Source: Candidatus Omnitrophota bacterium
Lineage (GTDB): Bacteria > Omnitrophota > Gorgyraeia > Gorgyraeales > Gorgyraeaceae
NCBI GenBank assembly: GCA_018824145.1
Contig: JAHJHC010000090.1
Span: forward strand, 349-64,348
Length of the DNA: 64,000 nt
Reading direction: 5' to 3'
Below the pieces are notes generated by a model. The model ran no database searches and was not told the DNA's origin. It saw only the letters and a list, made by a program, of their open reading frames with translations. Each line of letters begins with the position of its first letter. Position 1 is the first letter of the stretch. The translations under genes were made by a program, and so were the position numbers. Of this stretch, positions 17,158-27,136 are shown piece by piece.

Positions 17158-18576
17158 TTAAATTTTTTTCCTTAACATCTCGTTTACCTTCTTAGGATTG
17201 GCCTTGCCCTTTGTCTTAGCCATAACTTTTCCGACCAGAAACATAATTGCGTTTTCCTTACCGCTCTTTAAATCACCTACTGATTTCGGATTCTCCAAGA
17301 TAACCTCTTTAACTATATTCTCTATCTCTCCTTCGTCGGATATCTGTTCCAAACCCTTCTCTTTTACTAAGGCACAGGGATCCTTTTTAGTCTGAATCAT
17401 GTCTATCAAGAGAGACTTGGCAATCTTACCGCTTATGAGGCCACTATCTATCATTTTAAGCATACCCACAAAATGCTCTGTTTTCAAGTCCAGATCATTT
17501 ATTGTCAGATCATGCTCTTTAATATAGGCGGAGATATCTCCCATGAGCCAGTTCGCAATTTCCTTCGGTTTTTTATATATTGAAACGCATTTTTCAAAAT
17601 ACAACGCCATATTTTTATCCCCCACAATGCACCGAGCGTCATAATCAGAAATGCTATACTCTGCCATTAATCTTTTCTTCAGGGCTAGAGGTAGTTCCGG
17701 CATCCGATTTTCAATATCCTTCAAAAAGGCATCTTCAAAATTAAACGGTACCAGATCCGGTTCCGGAAAATATCTATAATCATGGGCCTCTTCTTTAGAC
17801 CTCATTGATTCTGTAATGCCGCTATCAGCATCATAAAGCCTTGTCTCCTGCACTATCCTCTCGCCCTTTTCAAGCGACTCAATCTGTCTTTTCTCTTCAT
17901 ATTCCAAGGCAGTCTTAACGGCCCTGAATGAATTCATATTCTTTATCTCTGTCTTGACACCAAGTTCTTTAGAACCTGCTTTTCTTATGGAGATATTTGC
18001 GTCGCACCTAAGGCTACCTTCTTCCATGTTACAATCAGATACATCTATATATTCCAGTACGGATTTAAGGGATCTAAGATACATGTATGCCTCATCAGGG
18101 GAATTTATATCAGGCTCACTTACAATCTCTAATAATGGGATACCACAACGATTAAAATCTATAAGGCTATAAGAACTCTGATGAAATAGCTTACCTGTAT
18201 CCTCTTCTAAATGAACCCTTGTTATCTTTATACGCTTTTCTTTTCCGTCTACTAATACGGGAAGGCATCCGTGCTGAGACAAGGGCTGGCTATATTGAGA
18301 GATCTGATATGCCTTAGGTAGATCCGGATAGTAATAATTTTTCCTATCGAATCTTATCAACTTGGCGATCTGACAATTCAAACTAATGGCAACTTTAGCA
18401 GCAAGAATAAGGGCCTGCCTATTCAATACAGGTAATGAGCCTGGAAATCCTAGGCATACTGGGCAGACCTGGGTATTAGGCGGCGCGCCAAAATCCGTAG
18501 AGCAACCACAAAAAGCCTTGCTCTCTGTCTTAAGCTGCAGGTGTACCTCTAAACCAATAACAGTTTCGTAAGTCAT
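17158..18576 (-). CDS. gatB: Asp/Glu-tRNA amidotransferase subunit B
   Basis: IGLEVH, RKNYYYPDLPK, LRCDAN, DYRYFPEPD. Confidence 0.97.
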   Translation of the reverse strand: MTYETVIGLEVHLQLKTESKAFCGCSTDFGAPPNTQVCPVCLGFPGSLPVLNRQALILAAKVAISLNCQIAKLIRFDRKNYYYPDLPKAYQISQYSQPLSQHGCLPVLVDGKEKRIKITRVHLEEDTGKLFHQSSYSLIDFNRCGIPLLEIVSEPDINSPDEAYMYLRSLKSVLEYIDVSDCNMEEGSLRCDANISIRKAGSKELGVKTEIKNMNSFRAVKTALEYEEKRQIESLEKGERIVQETRLYDADSGITESMRSKEEAHDYRYFPEPDLVPFNFEDAFLKDIENRMPELPLALKKRLMAEYSISDYDARCIVGDKNMALYFEKCVSIYKKPKEIANWLMGDISAYIKEHDLTINDLDLKTEHFVGMLKMIDSGLISGKIAKSLLIDMIQTKKDPCALVKEKGLEQISDEGEIENIVKEVILENPKSVGDLKSGKENAIMFLVGKVMAKTKGKANPKKVNEMLRKKI

Positions 18577-20024
18577 ATCTTCGGCCTTTTCTTATGCCAA
18601 TCCGTATTCTGTTCGTAATTATATGCTATCCTTAAAATAGTCTCTTCGTCAAAGGGGCTACCGAGTATCTGAAGACCTATAGGCAAATTATCTCTTGTAA
18701 ATCCGCAAGGGACCGATACGCCGGGTATACCTGCTAAATTCGCAGAGATCGTGAAAATATCAGAAAGATACATTGTAAGAGGATCTTGTGTCTTTTCTCC
18801 GATTCTAAACGCAGGCGTGGGAGAGGTAGGCGTAATTATAGCATCGAATTCCTTAAAGGCATCTTCAAAATCTCTCTTTATTAATGTCCTCACTTTTAAT
18901 GCCCTTAAATAATATGCGTCATAATACCCGCTGGATAAGGCAAATGTCCCAAGAATAATCCTTCGCTTTGCCTCATCACCAAAACCTATTTGCCTTGTTT
19001 TCTTATACATGTCTATAAAAGACTTTGCTTGTTTCGACCTGAGGCCATATTGCACGCCGTCAAACCTTGCTAAATTAGAACTTGCCTCTGCTGTAGCGAC
19101 TAAATAATATACGCTTACCGCAAATTCTGTATGCGGCAAGTCCATATCTTCACACACGCATCCCATGTCTTCAATTCTTTTTATTGCCTCCCGCATAGAA
19201 TCTTTGACTTCTGCGTCAAGGCCTTCGATAAAATACTGCCTCGGAATCCCTATCTTTAGAGCTTTAACGTCTCTTTTTATTAGAGACGGGTAATCAGGGA
19301 CAGGTTTATTTACGGATGTAGAATCCATACTATCATGTCCTGATATCACTTTTAATAAAAGCGCGGCATCTTCAACATCCTTTGTAACCGGCCCGATCTG
19401 GTCAAGTGACGATGCAAACGCTATAAGGCCATATCGGGAAACCCTACCGTATGTCGGCTTCAATCCCACGACCCCGCATAGTGAAGCAGGCTGTCTTATA
19501 GAGCCGCCTGTATCTGAACCCAATGCAAAGATTGCCTCATCTGCTGCCACGCAAGCAGCCGCTCCTCCGCTAGACCCACCTGGTATCCTCTCTAAATCCC
19601 ACGGATTCCTGGTGGTTCCATAACAGGACGTTTCTGTAGAAGAACCAAATGCAAATTCATCCATGTTAGTCTTACCCATCAATACTGCGCCATTCTGGCT
19701 TAACTTATCTATAACTGTAGCATTATACGGAGGGCAAAATCCATCGAGGATCTTTGAAGAACAGGTAGTAAGCTCGTCTCTTACACATATGTTGTCTTTT
19801 ATAAAAATAGGTATTCCCCAAAGTGCTTTTGTGCCGTCTTTTTTAGCAAGGGCATTAACCCTTTCAAACACCTTGTTCTCATCAAAATGGACCAATGCAT
19901 TCAGCTTTGCATCTTTATTCTTTATAGCATCCAACACTCCCTTGCATATATCTATAGGAGATATATCTCCTATATTAAGAAGTGCTATTAGCTCATGTGC
20001 TGTAAGGGTGTTTAATTCTCTCAT
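18573..20024 (-). CDS. gatA: Asp/Glu-tRNA amidotransferase subunit A
   Basis: amidase signature GGSSGG, DTGGSIRQPA. Confidence 0.97.
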   Translation of the reverse strand: MRELNTLTAHELIALLNIGDISPIDICKGVLDAIKNKDAKLNALVHFDENKVFERVNALAKKDGTKALWGIPIFIKDNICVRDELTTCSSKILDGFCPPYNATVIDKLSQNGAVLMGKTNMDEFAFGSSTETSCYGTTRNPWDLERIPGGSSGGAAACVAADEAIFALGSDTGGSIRQPASLCGVVGLKPTYGRVSRYGLIAFASSLDQIGPVTKDVEDAALLLKVISGHDSMDSTSVNKPVPDYPSLIKRDVKALKIGIPRQYFIEGLDAEVKDSMREAIKRIEDMGCVCEDMDLPHTEFAVSVYYLVATAEASSNLARFDGVQYGLRSKQAKSFIDMYKKTRQIGFGDEAKRRIILGTFALSSGYYDAYYLRALKVRTLIKRDFEDAFKEFDAIITPTSPTPAFRIGEKTQDPLTMYLSDIFTISANLAGIPGVSVPCGFTRDNLPIGLQILGSPFDEETILRIAYNYEQNTDWHKKRPKI

Positions 20025-20026
20025 CT

Positions 20027-20311
20027 TTACACAATCTTCTGTACCTTGAATAAATCCTTTTCTTTAGCCGGGGCATTCTTCATGACCTCTGACGGAGGCA
20101 AAGATTGCTTTACCTTATCTTCCCGGTAGATGTTTTTCATTTCCAGGACATGGCTGGTAGGTTCAAGCCGCGCGACATCCAGTGTCTTCAACTTGTGGAC
20201 ATAGTCTAATATACGATCCAGCTGCCCCGTGAAATGGGACAACTCTTTTTCAGTCAACTCTATCCTTGCAAGGTTCGCCACATATTTAACAGTATCTTTC
20301 GTTATCGCCAT
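20027..20311 (-). CDS. gatC: Asp/Glu-tRNA amidotransferase subunit C
   Basis: VANLARIEL, EPTSH, REDKV; upstream of gatA. Confidence 0.95.
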   Translation of the reverse strand: MAITKDTVKYVANLARIELTEKELSHFTGQLDRILDYVHKLKTLDVARLEPTSHVLEMKNIYREDKVKQSLPPSEVMKNAPAKEKDLFKVQKIV

Positions 20312-20318
20312 GAGTTAG

Positions 20319-20461
20319 CCCTCACCTTCGCTTCGGGAACTTATCTTGATCCTGGATGATAGATACTGGGTGCTAGTATTATTACAAGCATCTAGTATCT
20401 AGGATGCAGCATCAAATTTTGAATTTTCATACAATAAATTATCCCTCGACTTCGCTCGGGA
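20319..20461. repeat. composite repeat: two CCCTC..CTTCGCT(T)CGGGA REP-like units around an inverted heptamer array
   Basis: units at 20319-20338 and 20442-20461; (CTnGATn)n/(AGnATCn)n at about 20345-20415. Confidence 0.7.
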
Positions 20462-20812
20462 CTAAGAATTTTTCTCCGCAATATCTCCAGCTATAGGCAA
20501 TTTAAAATACTCGCCCTGATAGGCCTTTACCATCAAAAGCACCCATAAAACGATGCTTAGTAAAGACAATAAAGTGCTTACCAGTACCCCTAATATAGGT
20601 ACTATAAGTAAAACAAGATTGATTACGAATAAACCTCCGAATACAACCATGGACTGCATTGCGTGAAATCTAACGAAGTGATTCTTTTTCTCAACAAGAT
20701 AGAATACCAGTCCTGTTATAAAACCCAGGAAATAACATAAAAGACCTGCTAAATTCGGCTGCATGCCTATCGAAGTCTCACCCAGATTTTTGTTTCCCTC
20801 TACCTCTGCCAT
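20462..20812 (-). CDS. DUF4870-like membrane protein
   Basis: NLAGLLCY, FVRFHAMQS, KAYQGEYFKLP. Confidence 0.85.
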   Translation of the reverse strand: MAEVEGNKNLGETSIGMQPNLAGLLCYFLGFITGLVFYLVEKKNHFVRFHAMQSMVVFGGLFVINLVLLIVPILGVLVSTLLSLLSIVLWVLLMVKAYQGEYFKLPIAGDIAEKNS

Positions 20813-20828
20813 GATTCCCTCCCTTTTT

Positions 20829-20894
20829 TAGCGTAGAGCGTTTAGCGGGTAGCGGATAGTTTTATTTTTCCTATACGCTATGCGCTAAACGCTA
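20829..20894. repeat. inverted heptamer array (TAGCGnn / CTAnnCG)
   Basis: tagcgta gagcgtt tagcggg tagcgga ... ctatacg ctatgcg ctaaacg cta; includes the rsmA stop. Confidence 0.75.
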
Positions 20895-21715
20895 TTAGTT
20901 AGCTTCACAAACTCCTCCAAAGATACTGTCTCTGGTCTGCGTTCCGGAGCAATCCCGGCAATTTCAAGTTTCTCCAAGACCTCTTCTTTGGATGCAAATT
21001 CATTGCTCGAATATAGAGAATTCAATATCTTCTTTCTTCTCTTCCCAAAACAAGCTCTTATTATTTTAAACAGTTTTTCTTCGTCAGTCAAGTAAAGACC
21101 ATCATTATATATATCTATTCTCAAAAAACACGAATCCACCTTAGGGACAGGATAAAAGGATGACCTTTCAATCGTAAATAAAAAAGACGGCTTTGAATAA
21201 AACTGGACAAAGCAAGTAATGGCGCCGTAGGCTTTAGAGCTTGCCCGAGCTACCAACCTTTCTGCAAATTCCTTCTGAACAGTAATAAATATAGTGTCTA
21301 CACAGCGCCTCTCGGTCAAAAGGCGTATCAAGATAGGGCTAGATATATAATAAGGCAGATTCCCAACAACCTTTAATTTTCGACTCTCCCTACAATCAAA
21401 TCTATGCTTAAGTATATCCCCATGTATTAACTCTAGATTGCCTGGGTCATCCATGCTTCTCTTTTTCAAAAGAAAGTCATATAGCCGCCTATCTTTCTCT
21501 ATAGCGATTACCCTCTTTGCGCGCTTGGTCAATTCTCCTGTAAGCGCGCCCAGTCCAGGACCTATCTCAATTACAGTATCACCCTTACTTATACCTAACG
21601 CATCCACTATCTTTTCTTGTATTTTTCGATTTACAAGAAAATTCTGACCAAGTCGCTTACGAATCCTGATGTCATTTTCCTTAAGAGCAGATTTTATCTG
21701 ATTTCTAGTCAACAT
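20885..21715 (-). CDS. rsmA: 16S rRNA dimethyladenosine transferase
   Basis: LGQNFL, EIGPGLGALT, GNLPYYI. Confidence 0.96.
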   Translation of the reverse strand: MLTRNQIKSALKENDIRIRKRLGQNFLVNRKIQEKIVDALGISKGDTVIEIGPGLGALTGELTKRAKRVIAIEKDRRLYDFLLKKRSMDDPGNLELIHGDILKHRFDCRESRKLKVVGNLPYYISSPILIRLLTERRCVDTIFITVQKEFAERLVARASSKAYGAITCFVQFYSKPSFLFTIERSSFYPVPKVDSCFLRIDIYNDGLYLTDEEKLFKIIRACFGKRRKKILNSLYSSNEFASKEEVLEKLEIAGIAPERRPETVSLEEFVKLTNSV

Positions 21716-22545
21716 TTATTAGTGCGGCACATAGAAACAGCAAGTCTTATTGCCTCTTTCATAGAGTTGGGATTAGCCTTTCCTTTACCGGCGATATCAT
21801 ATGCAGTACCGTGGTCAGGAGAAGTGCGCACAAAAGGAAGGCCGAGGCTGACATTGACACCTTTGTCAAATGCCACCATCTTAAAGGGGCCTAAACCCTG
21901 GTCATGATACATTGAGATAACAGCATCAAGCTTCCTGTGATAAGACATATAAAAAATCACATCAGTGGATATAGGGCCTTGGATACCTTTGACTTTGGAA
22001 CGTATTTTTTCAATGGCTGGTATTATGATATTTTTCTCTTCAGTCCCGATAAGACCACTCTCTCCGCAATGTGGATTCAGTCCGCAAATACCTATCTTGG
22101 GCCTGGGAATCTTAAAATATCTCTTTAACGCCCTATCGGTCAATATTATCGCGTCCTTTATATTTTCCTGTGTAATAACTCGCGGGACATCTCTTAAAGC
22201 TACGTGGCGGGTAACAATAGTGACTTTAAAAGGCCCCCCGCAAAACATCATTACTATCTTTTTCGTATGCGTAATACTAGCCAGGTATTCGGTATGGCCC
22301 TTAAAAGGTATGCCTGATCTATTTATCGCAGCCTTATTTACCGGCGCTGTAACAAGCCCTTGAGCCTCGCCTTTTTTTAAAATTAAAGCTGCCTTTTCTA
22401 TAGCACAAAAACCTGTATTATCACTGGGTTCTATCAAACAAAAATCCGCAAGACGCTTAATACCAGGATCTCTTAATGCCTTTTTTGTAACCTCAAGCCC
22501 TATACCTCTCGGATCCCCTGTTGTAATAATGATGCGAGGTTTCAT
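21709..22545 (-). CDS. pdxA: 4-hydroxythreonine-4-phosphate dehydrogenase
   Basis: GDPRGIG, GHTE, LNPH, MYHDQG, RTSPDHGTA. Confidence 0.94.
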   Translation of the reverse strand: MKPRIIITTGDPRGIGLEVTKKALRDPGIKRLADFCLIEPSDNTGFCAIEKAALILKKGEAQGLVTAPVNKAAINRSGIPFKGHTEYLASITHTKKIVMMFCGGPFKVTIVTRHVALRDVPRVITQENIKDAIILTDRALKRYFKIPRPKIGICGLNPHCGESGLIGTEEKNIIIPAIEKIRSKVKGIQGPISTDVIFYMSYHRKLDAVISMYHDQGLGPFKMVAFDKGVNVSLGLPFVRTSPDHGTAYDIAGKGKANPNSMKEAIRLAVSMCRTNKC

Positions 22546-23492
22546 TTTATGGAAATATACGCCTTGGATCTCAACTCACCTAACCATTCTTCCAGCTTTT
22601 CTTTGATTTTTTTCTGAAAAAGCATCTTTTTTATATCTTCCTGGGCTTCTTCAAGAGTAAGGTATCCGAAATTCTGAATATCCTCTACTTTCAATATATG
22701 ATAACCGATAGAGCTTTTTATGGGATCTGAAAATTCTCCCGGTTCTAACCTGCTCATAGCATCATCGATCTCATCGATCATCTCGCCTCTCTCAATATAT
22801 CCCATGTCTCCACCTTGTTCTTTGTTCGGGCCCTCGGAATACTGCGCGGCAAGTTCAGCAAAATCACGTCCGTCTTGCAGTTTATTGCAAATATCCTCTA
22901 TTTCTACTTTTGCCAATTCAAGCTCCATATCATCACCTGCCTTTAAAAGGATGTGTCTTACCTTAAACTTTTCTCCTACCATGAACTCCCGTCTATTCAC
23001 CTGGTAATATCTCTTTATCTCTGACGGCAAGATGCTGATTTTCGACTTTATCTCTAAATCCACGACCTTTTTCATCATGATCTGATCCATGTATCTTTTC
23101 TTTAAATCCGCGATAGTGATACCTTGTGCCTCTAGTAGATCGTAAAACTCTTCTTCCGCAGGGAAGGTGCCTTTAACATATTCAAGCTTAGTGTTTATCT
23201 CATCTTCCCTGACCATTACATTCAATTCTCTGGCACGGCTAAGTATAAGCTTATCTTCTATTATCTGCTGCAGGATATTTTTCCTTACATCCTCCATTCT
23301 TCTCAATAATTCATCCCCTTTGTAGTCATGGACATATTGCGCGTATAAGACAGACAGCATTTGATCCACGTCTTGTTGCGTCACAACCTCTTCGTTTACA
23401 ACAGCGACAATCTTATTGATTACCTGGGCATAGGCATCTATAGGATGCATAATAAACAATATTAGAAATATTAGTTTTTTTAGATTTTTCAT
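22542..23492 (-). CDS. surA: SurA/PrsA-like parvulin peptidyl-prolyl isomerase chaperone
   Basis: signal peptide, IVAVVNEEVVT, VRHIL, GGDMG, GYHI; surA-pdxA-rsmA synteny; start reassigned to MKNLKK. Confidence 0.85.
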   Translation of the reverse strand: MKNLKKLIFLILFIMHPIDAYAQVINKIVAVVNEEVVTQQDVDQMLSVLYAQYVHDYKGDELLRRMEDVRKNILQQIIEDKLILSRARELNVMVREDEINTKLEYVKGTFPAEEEFYDLLEAQGITIADLKKRYMDQIMMKKVVDLEIKSKISILPSEIKRYYQVNRREFMVGEKFKVRHILLKAGDDMELELAKVEIEDICNKLQDGRDFAELAAQYSEGPNKEQGGDMGYIERGEMIDEIDDAMSRLEPGEFSDPIKSSIGYHILKVEDIQNFGYLTLEEAQEDIKKMLFQKKIKEKLEEWLGELRSKAYISIK

Positions 23493-23494
23493 GT

Positions 23495-25378
23495 TTAATT
23501 TTTGTTCAGGTCCGTCACGACTTCCCGTAACATCCTGCAATATAAATCAAAACCTATTGCCGATATATACCCATGCTGCTGCTGGCCAAGTATATTCCCT
23601 GCACCTCTTATCTCCAAATCCTCCATTGCAATCTTAAAACCAGACCCCAACTCTCTATAACGCTCTATTGCCCTCAATCTTCTCTCTGACTCTTTACTTA
23701 TTACTCGTCCTTTGGGAATCAAAAAGTAGGCATAGGCCTTGTTTTTAAACCTTCCTACCCTACCCTTAAGCTGATATAGATCCGCCAGCCCAAACATATC
23801 TGCGCGGTTTACTATCAGGGTATTGGCATTTGGTATATCTATCCCTGACTCTATTATAACCGTACAGACTAAAACATCAATATTACCTTTTATAAATTCT
23901 CCCATTACCTGTTCTAACTCTCTGGAGTACATCCTGCCATGTGCGACACCTATACTCACCTCAGGCACCATCTTTTCGAGCTGCAGGGCTATCTTTTCTA
24001 TGCCTTCAACCCTATTATGTAAAAAAAACACCTGCCCTCTTCTATTCTTTTCTTTAATGATGGCATCCTTTATAAGGCCTTTATTATACTCTGATACTAT
24101 CACATCTACAGGCAATCTATCCTGAGGAGGGGTCTCAATGATAGACATGTCTTTAATACCCATTAGAGACATGTATAATGTACGAGGAATAGGCGTAGCA
24201 GTAAGTGTCAAGACATCTACTAATAAGCGCATCTTCTTTAAGCTCTCTTTATCCTTCACGCCAAATCTCTGCTCTTCGTCTATAACAACCAGGCCAAGAT
24301 CTTTGAATTTTATATTTTTCCTTAAAATAGCATGGGTGCCTATTACTATATCCACAGTCCCCTTTTCGATCTCCTCCAAGAGTCTGTTTATCTCACCCCG
24401 TGTTCTAAACCGGCAAATCAACTCTATCCTTATAGGGAAATCCTGCATCCTCTCTTTAAACGTGATAAAGTGTTGCTCTGCAAGAAGCGTTGTCGGGACA
24501 AGCATTACCACCTGTTTATTATCCATAACTGCCTTAAAACCAGCCCTTAAAGCAACCTCTGTCTTTCCGTATCCCACGTCACCGCATAAAAGTCTATCCA
24601 TGGGCTTCTTTGACTCCATATCCAGTTTCACTTCTCTGCAAGAACGCATCTGATCAGGCGTCTCTTTATAAGGAAATCTTCTCTCAAATTGGATATGCCA
24701 ATCCGTATCCTTTGAAAAAGCAAACCCTTTCAATTTAGTGCGCATCGCATCCTGTTCCAGAAGCTCAAATGCCAGGGAATAAACATTTTTCTTTACCCTT
24801 TCCTTTGTATTTTTCCATGCCTTACCCCCAAGCTTATACAGTTTAGGAGGCCTCTTGTCAAAACCCACGTACCTCTGTATCAAATGCATTTCCTCTATCG
24901 GGACATACAATTTATCGCCGTCAGCATATTCTATAACAATATGATCGCTTTCATCACCCTTGAAATTTATATTTTTAAATCCCCTAAAAACACCTATGCC
25001 GTGATCAACATGGACTACGTAATCATTCAATTGTAAATCGATAAAGGTCTCTATCGGGGATTTCTCCCCTAAATGCAATCTTCTTTTTTTCGGATATAAC
25101 CCTATCTTTGGCAAAATAATAACCATGGTATGTTCTTCAATGGTTTCATTAGAGGCAATGCTGAAACTCCTTATCGACGCCACTTTATTCCCGGAAAGCT
25201 CGATCCTCACCGGGCCCTCAAAGGTAGGCGGAAATATGTCTATTATGCCGCCCCGCATACTGAAATCTCCTGGTTCGGATATATGCTTGCATCTCTCATA
25301 GCCATACTCGGTCAATGTCTTGGCAACAAAGTTATAATTTATATCTTTACCCTTATAAATCCTTATTGATTCAAACAT
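23495..25378 (-). CDS. mfd: transcription-repair coupling factor, shortened form (627 aa)
   Basis: RGGIIDIF, VVHVDHGIG (RID), GDVGYGKTEVA, DEEQRFG, QLKGRVGR, DLEIRGAG. Confidence 0.92.
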   Translation of the reverse strand: MFESIRIYKGKDINYNFVAKTLTEYGYERCKHISEPGDFSMRGGIIDIFPPTFEGPVRIELSGNKVASIRSFSIASNETIEEHTMVIILPKIGLYPKKRRLHLGEKSPIETFIDLQLNDYVVHVDHGIGVFRGFKNINFKGDESDHIVIEYADGDKLYVPIEEMHLIQRYVGFDKRPPKLYKLGGKAWKNTKERVKKNVYSLAFELLEQDAMRTKLKGFAFSKDTDWHIQFERRFPYKETPDQMRSCREVKLDMESKKPMDRLLCGDVGYGKTEVALRAGFKAVMDNKQVVMLVPTTLLAEQHFITFKERMQDFPIRIELICRFRTRGEINRLLEEIEKGTVDIVIGTHAILRKNIKFKDLGLVVIDEEQRFGVKDKESLKKMRLLVDVLTLTATPIPRTLYMSLMGIKDMSIIETPPQDRLPVDVIVSEYNKGLIKDAIIKEKNRRGQVFFLHNRVEGIEKIALQLEKMVPEVSIGVAHGRMYSRELEQVMGEFIKGNIDVLVCTVIIESGIDIPNANTLIVNRADMFGLADLYQLKGRVGRFKNKAYAYFLIPKGRVISKESERRLRAIERYRELGSGFKIAMEDLEIRGAGNILGQQQHGYISAIGFDLYCRMLREVVTDLNKN

Positions 25379-25384
25379 ACTGGT

Positions 25385-27064
25385 TCACATCTTCTCCGGC
25401 GTAGCCACGCCTAACAATGTCAATCCGCTAAAAAGTATCATTTGAACGACTCCTATCAATAAAAGCCTCGCCTTGGTAAGAGAATCGTCATCTGTAACTA
25501 TCCTGTAAGAATCGTAATAAAAATGAAAGATACGCGCTAAATCCTGCAGATAAGACAATAATATATATGGTTCAAGATTGCGTACGGAGGACTCTATGAT
25601 CTTAGGATATTGCATCAAGATTTTAATAATATCGATTTCTTCCGGTTTATCCAACAAATGCAGATCAATACCTTTTAGCGAAGAAATCCTGTAGTCGAGG
25701 TTTAAACCTCGACTACAGGATTCGCCGGCGAATTTAAGGACACTTGCAATCCTGGCATGGGCATATTGGATATAATAAACAGGGTTATCCATGGTCTTCG
25801 CTTTGGCCAGCTCTAAATCAAAATCCAAATGACTGTCTGTACGCCTCATAATAAAAAAGAACCTCGCAGCATCCTTTCCAACCTCATCCATAACCTCTCG
25901 TAACGTTACAAACTCCCCGCCTCTAGTCGACATCCTGACAGGTTTCTTATCTCTATAAAGCGTAACAAGCTGACATATAAGTATTGAAAGCGCATCTTTA
26001 CTATAACCAAGTGCCTGACATGCAGCAGTCAGTCGATTTATGTAGCCATGATGGTCAGGCCCCCAGATATCTATTACCCACTTATATCCTTTTCCAAACT
26101 TTTCCTTATGGTATGCTATGTCAGATGCCAGATAAGTAAGACTCCCGTCACTCTTCATGACAACCCTATCTTTATCATCACCGAATTTCGTAGAGGCAAA
26201 CCATGTAGCGCCGTCCTTTTCGTACAGAAATCCCTTATCCCTTAAAATAGAAAGTGCCTTCTTTAGTTTCCCCGACGAGAACAACTTCTTCTGGCTAAAC
26301 CACACATCGAACTCTACACCAAAATCCATTAGATCTTTTTTTATGGCCTCCATTATACTCTTATATGCATACTCAATAATAAAATCATCGGATAAGGCCT
26401 TTTTATCTTTATTCGAGGCTATTTCTTTGGCTATGTCATAAATGTAGAGGCCCTTGTAACCATTCTCAGGAAACTCATACTCATCTCCCATTAATTCCAT
26501 AACCCTTGCCTTTACCGAGAGCGCCAAGATATTCATCTGCACCCCTTCGTCATTTATATAATACTCTCGCGTAACTTTATATCCGCAAAACTGCAAAATC
26601 CTTGCCAGACTATCTCCTACTGCAGCCTGTCTTCCGTGCGCTATCGTCAATGGGCCGGTCGGGTTGGCACTCACAAACTCGATCTGCACTGATTTACCTT
26701 TTCCTAAAGGTACCTTGCCAAATCCATCTCCCTGGCGAAAAATCTCGGCAATGGCACTGATTACAGCGATATTTGAAAGGTAAAAATTTATAAATCCCGG
26801 CTTTTCTATTTTAATATCTCTGACCACCTCGGGAAGAGCCGGATTTTTTTCTATCTCGTCAAATACTATCGTCGCAAGTTCCATGGGAGATTTTTTCATC
26901 TCCCTGGAAAGACGCATAGCAATATTTGTAGAAAAATCGCCGAATTTTTTATCCTTTGGGACCTCAAGATAAAGACTTGGTAAGACCCTATCGCAACAAT
27001 CCGGAAATATGGTTTTTATGGCTTCCTCAATGGATTTAATTATACTTCGCTCTACATTTGACAT
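25385..27064 (-). CDS. argS: arginyl-tRNA synthetase
   Basis: EFVSANPTGPL, MSTRGG, YIQYAHAR, PEKM C-terminus. Confidence 0.97.
   Translation of the reverse strand: MSNVERSIIKSIEEAIKTIFPDCCDRVLPSLYLEVPKDKKFGDFSTNIAMRLSREMKKSPMELATIVFDEIEKNPALPEVVRDIKIEKPGFINFYLSNIAVISAIAEIFRQGDGFGKVPLGKGKSVQIEFVSANPTGPLTIAHGRQAAVGDSLARILQFCGYKVTREYYINDEGVQMNILALSVKARVMELMGDEYEFPENGYKGLYIYDIAKEIASNKDKKALSDDFIIEYAYKSIMEAIKKDLMDFGVEFDVWFSQKKLFSSGKLKKALSILRDKGFLYEKDGATWFASTKFGDDKDRVVMKSDGSLTYLASDIAYHKEKFGKGYKWVIDIWGPDHHGYINRLTAACQALGYSKDALSILICQLVTLYRDKKPVRMSTRGGEFVTLREVMDEVGKDAARFFFIMRRTDSHLDFDLELAKAKTMDNPVYYIQYAHARIASVLKFAGESCSRGLNLDYRISSLKGIDLHLLDKPEEIDIIKILMQYPKIIESSVRNLEPYILLSYLQDLARIFHFYYDSYRIVTDDDSLTKARLLLIGVVQMILFSGLTLLGVATPEKM
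25685..25722. repeat. 38-bp perfect palindrome (GTAG...CTAC, REP-like) inside argS
   Basis: AATCCTGTAGTCGAGGTTT|AAACCTCGACTACAGGATT. Confidence 0.88.
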
Positions 27065-27075
27065 ATAATAAAAAA

Positions 27076-27096
27076 TCGTCCGCCTAAGGCGGACGA
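27076..27096 (-). terminator. GC-rich hairpin followed by a T-run on the minus strand (terminator or REP)
   Basis: TCGTCCGCC-TTA-GGCGGACGA-TTTTTT. Confidence 0.5.
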
Positions 27097-27136
27097 CATT
27101 CTAACTTTTTTATTCGTCATTAGCGGTAACTAGTGA

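Noticed and set aside
23495-25378. mfd as a pseudogene
   Set aside because: The ORF is uninterrupted, the motor motifs are intact, the losses follow domain boundaries, and the neighbours are tightly packed
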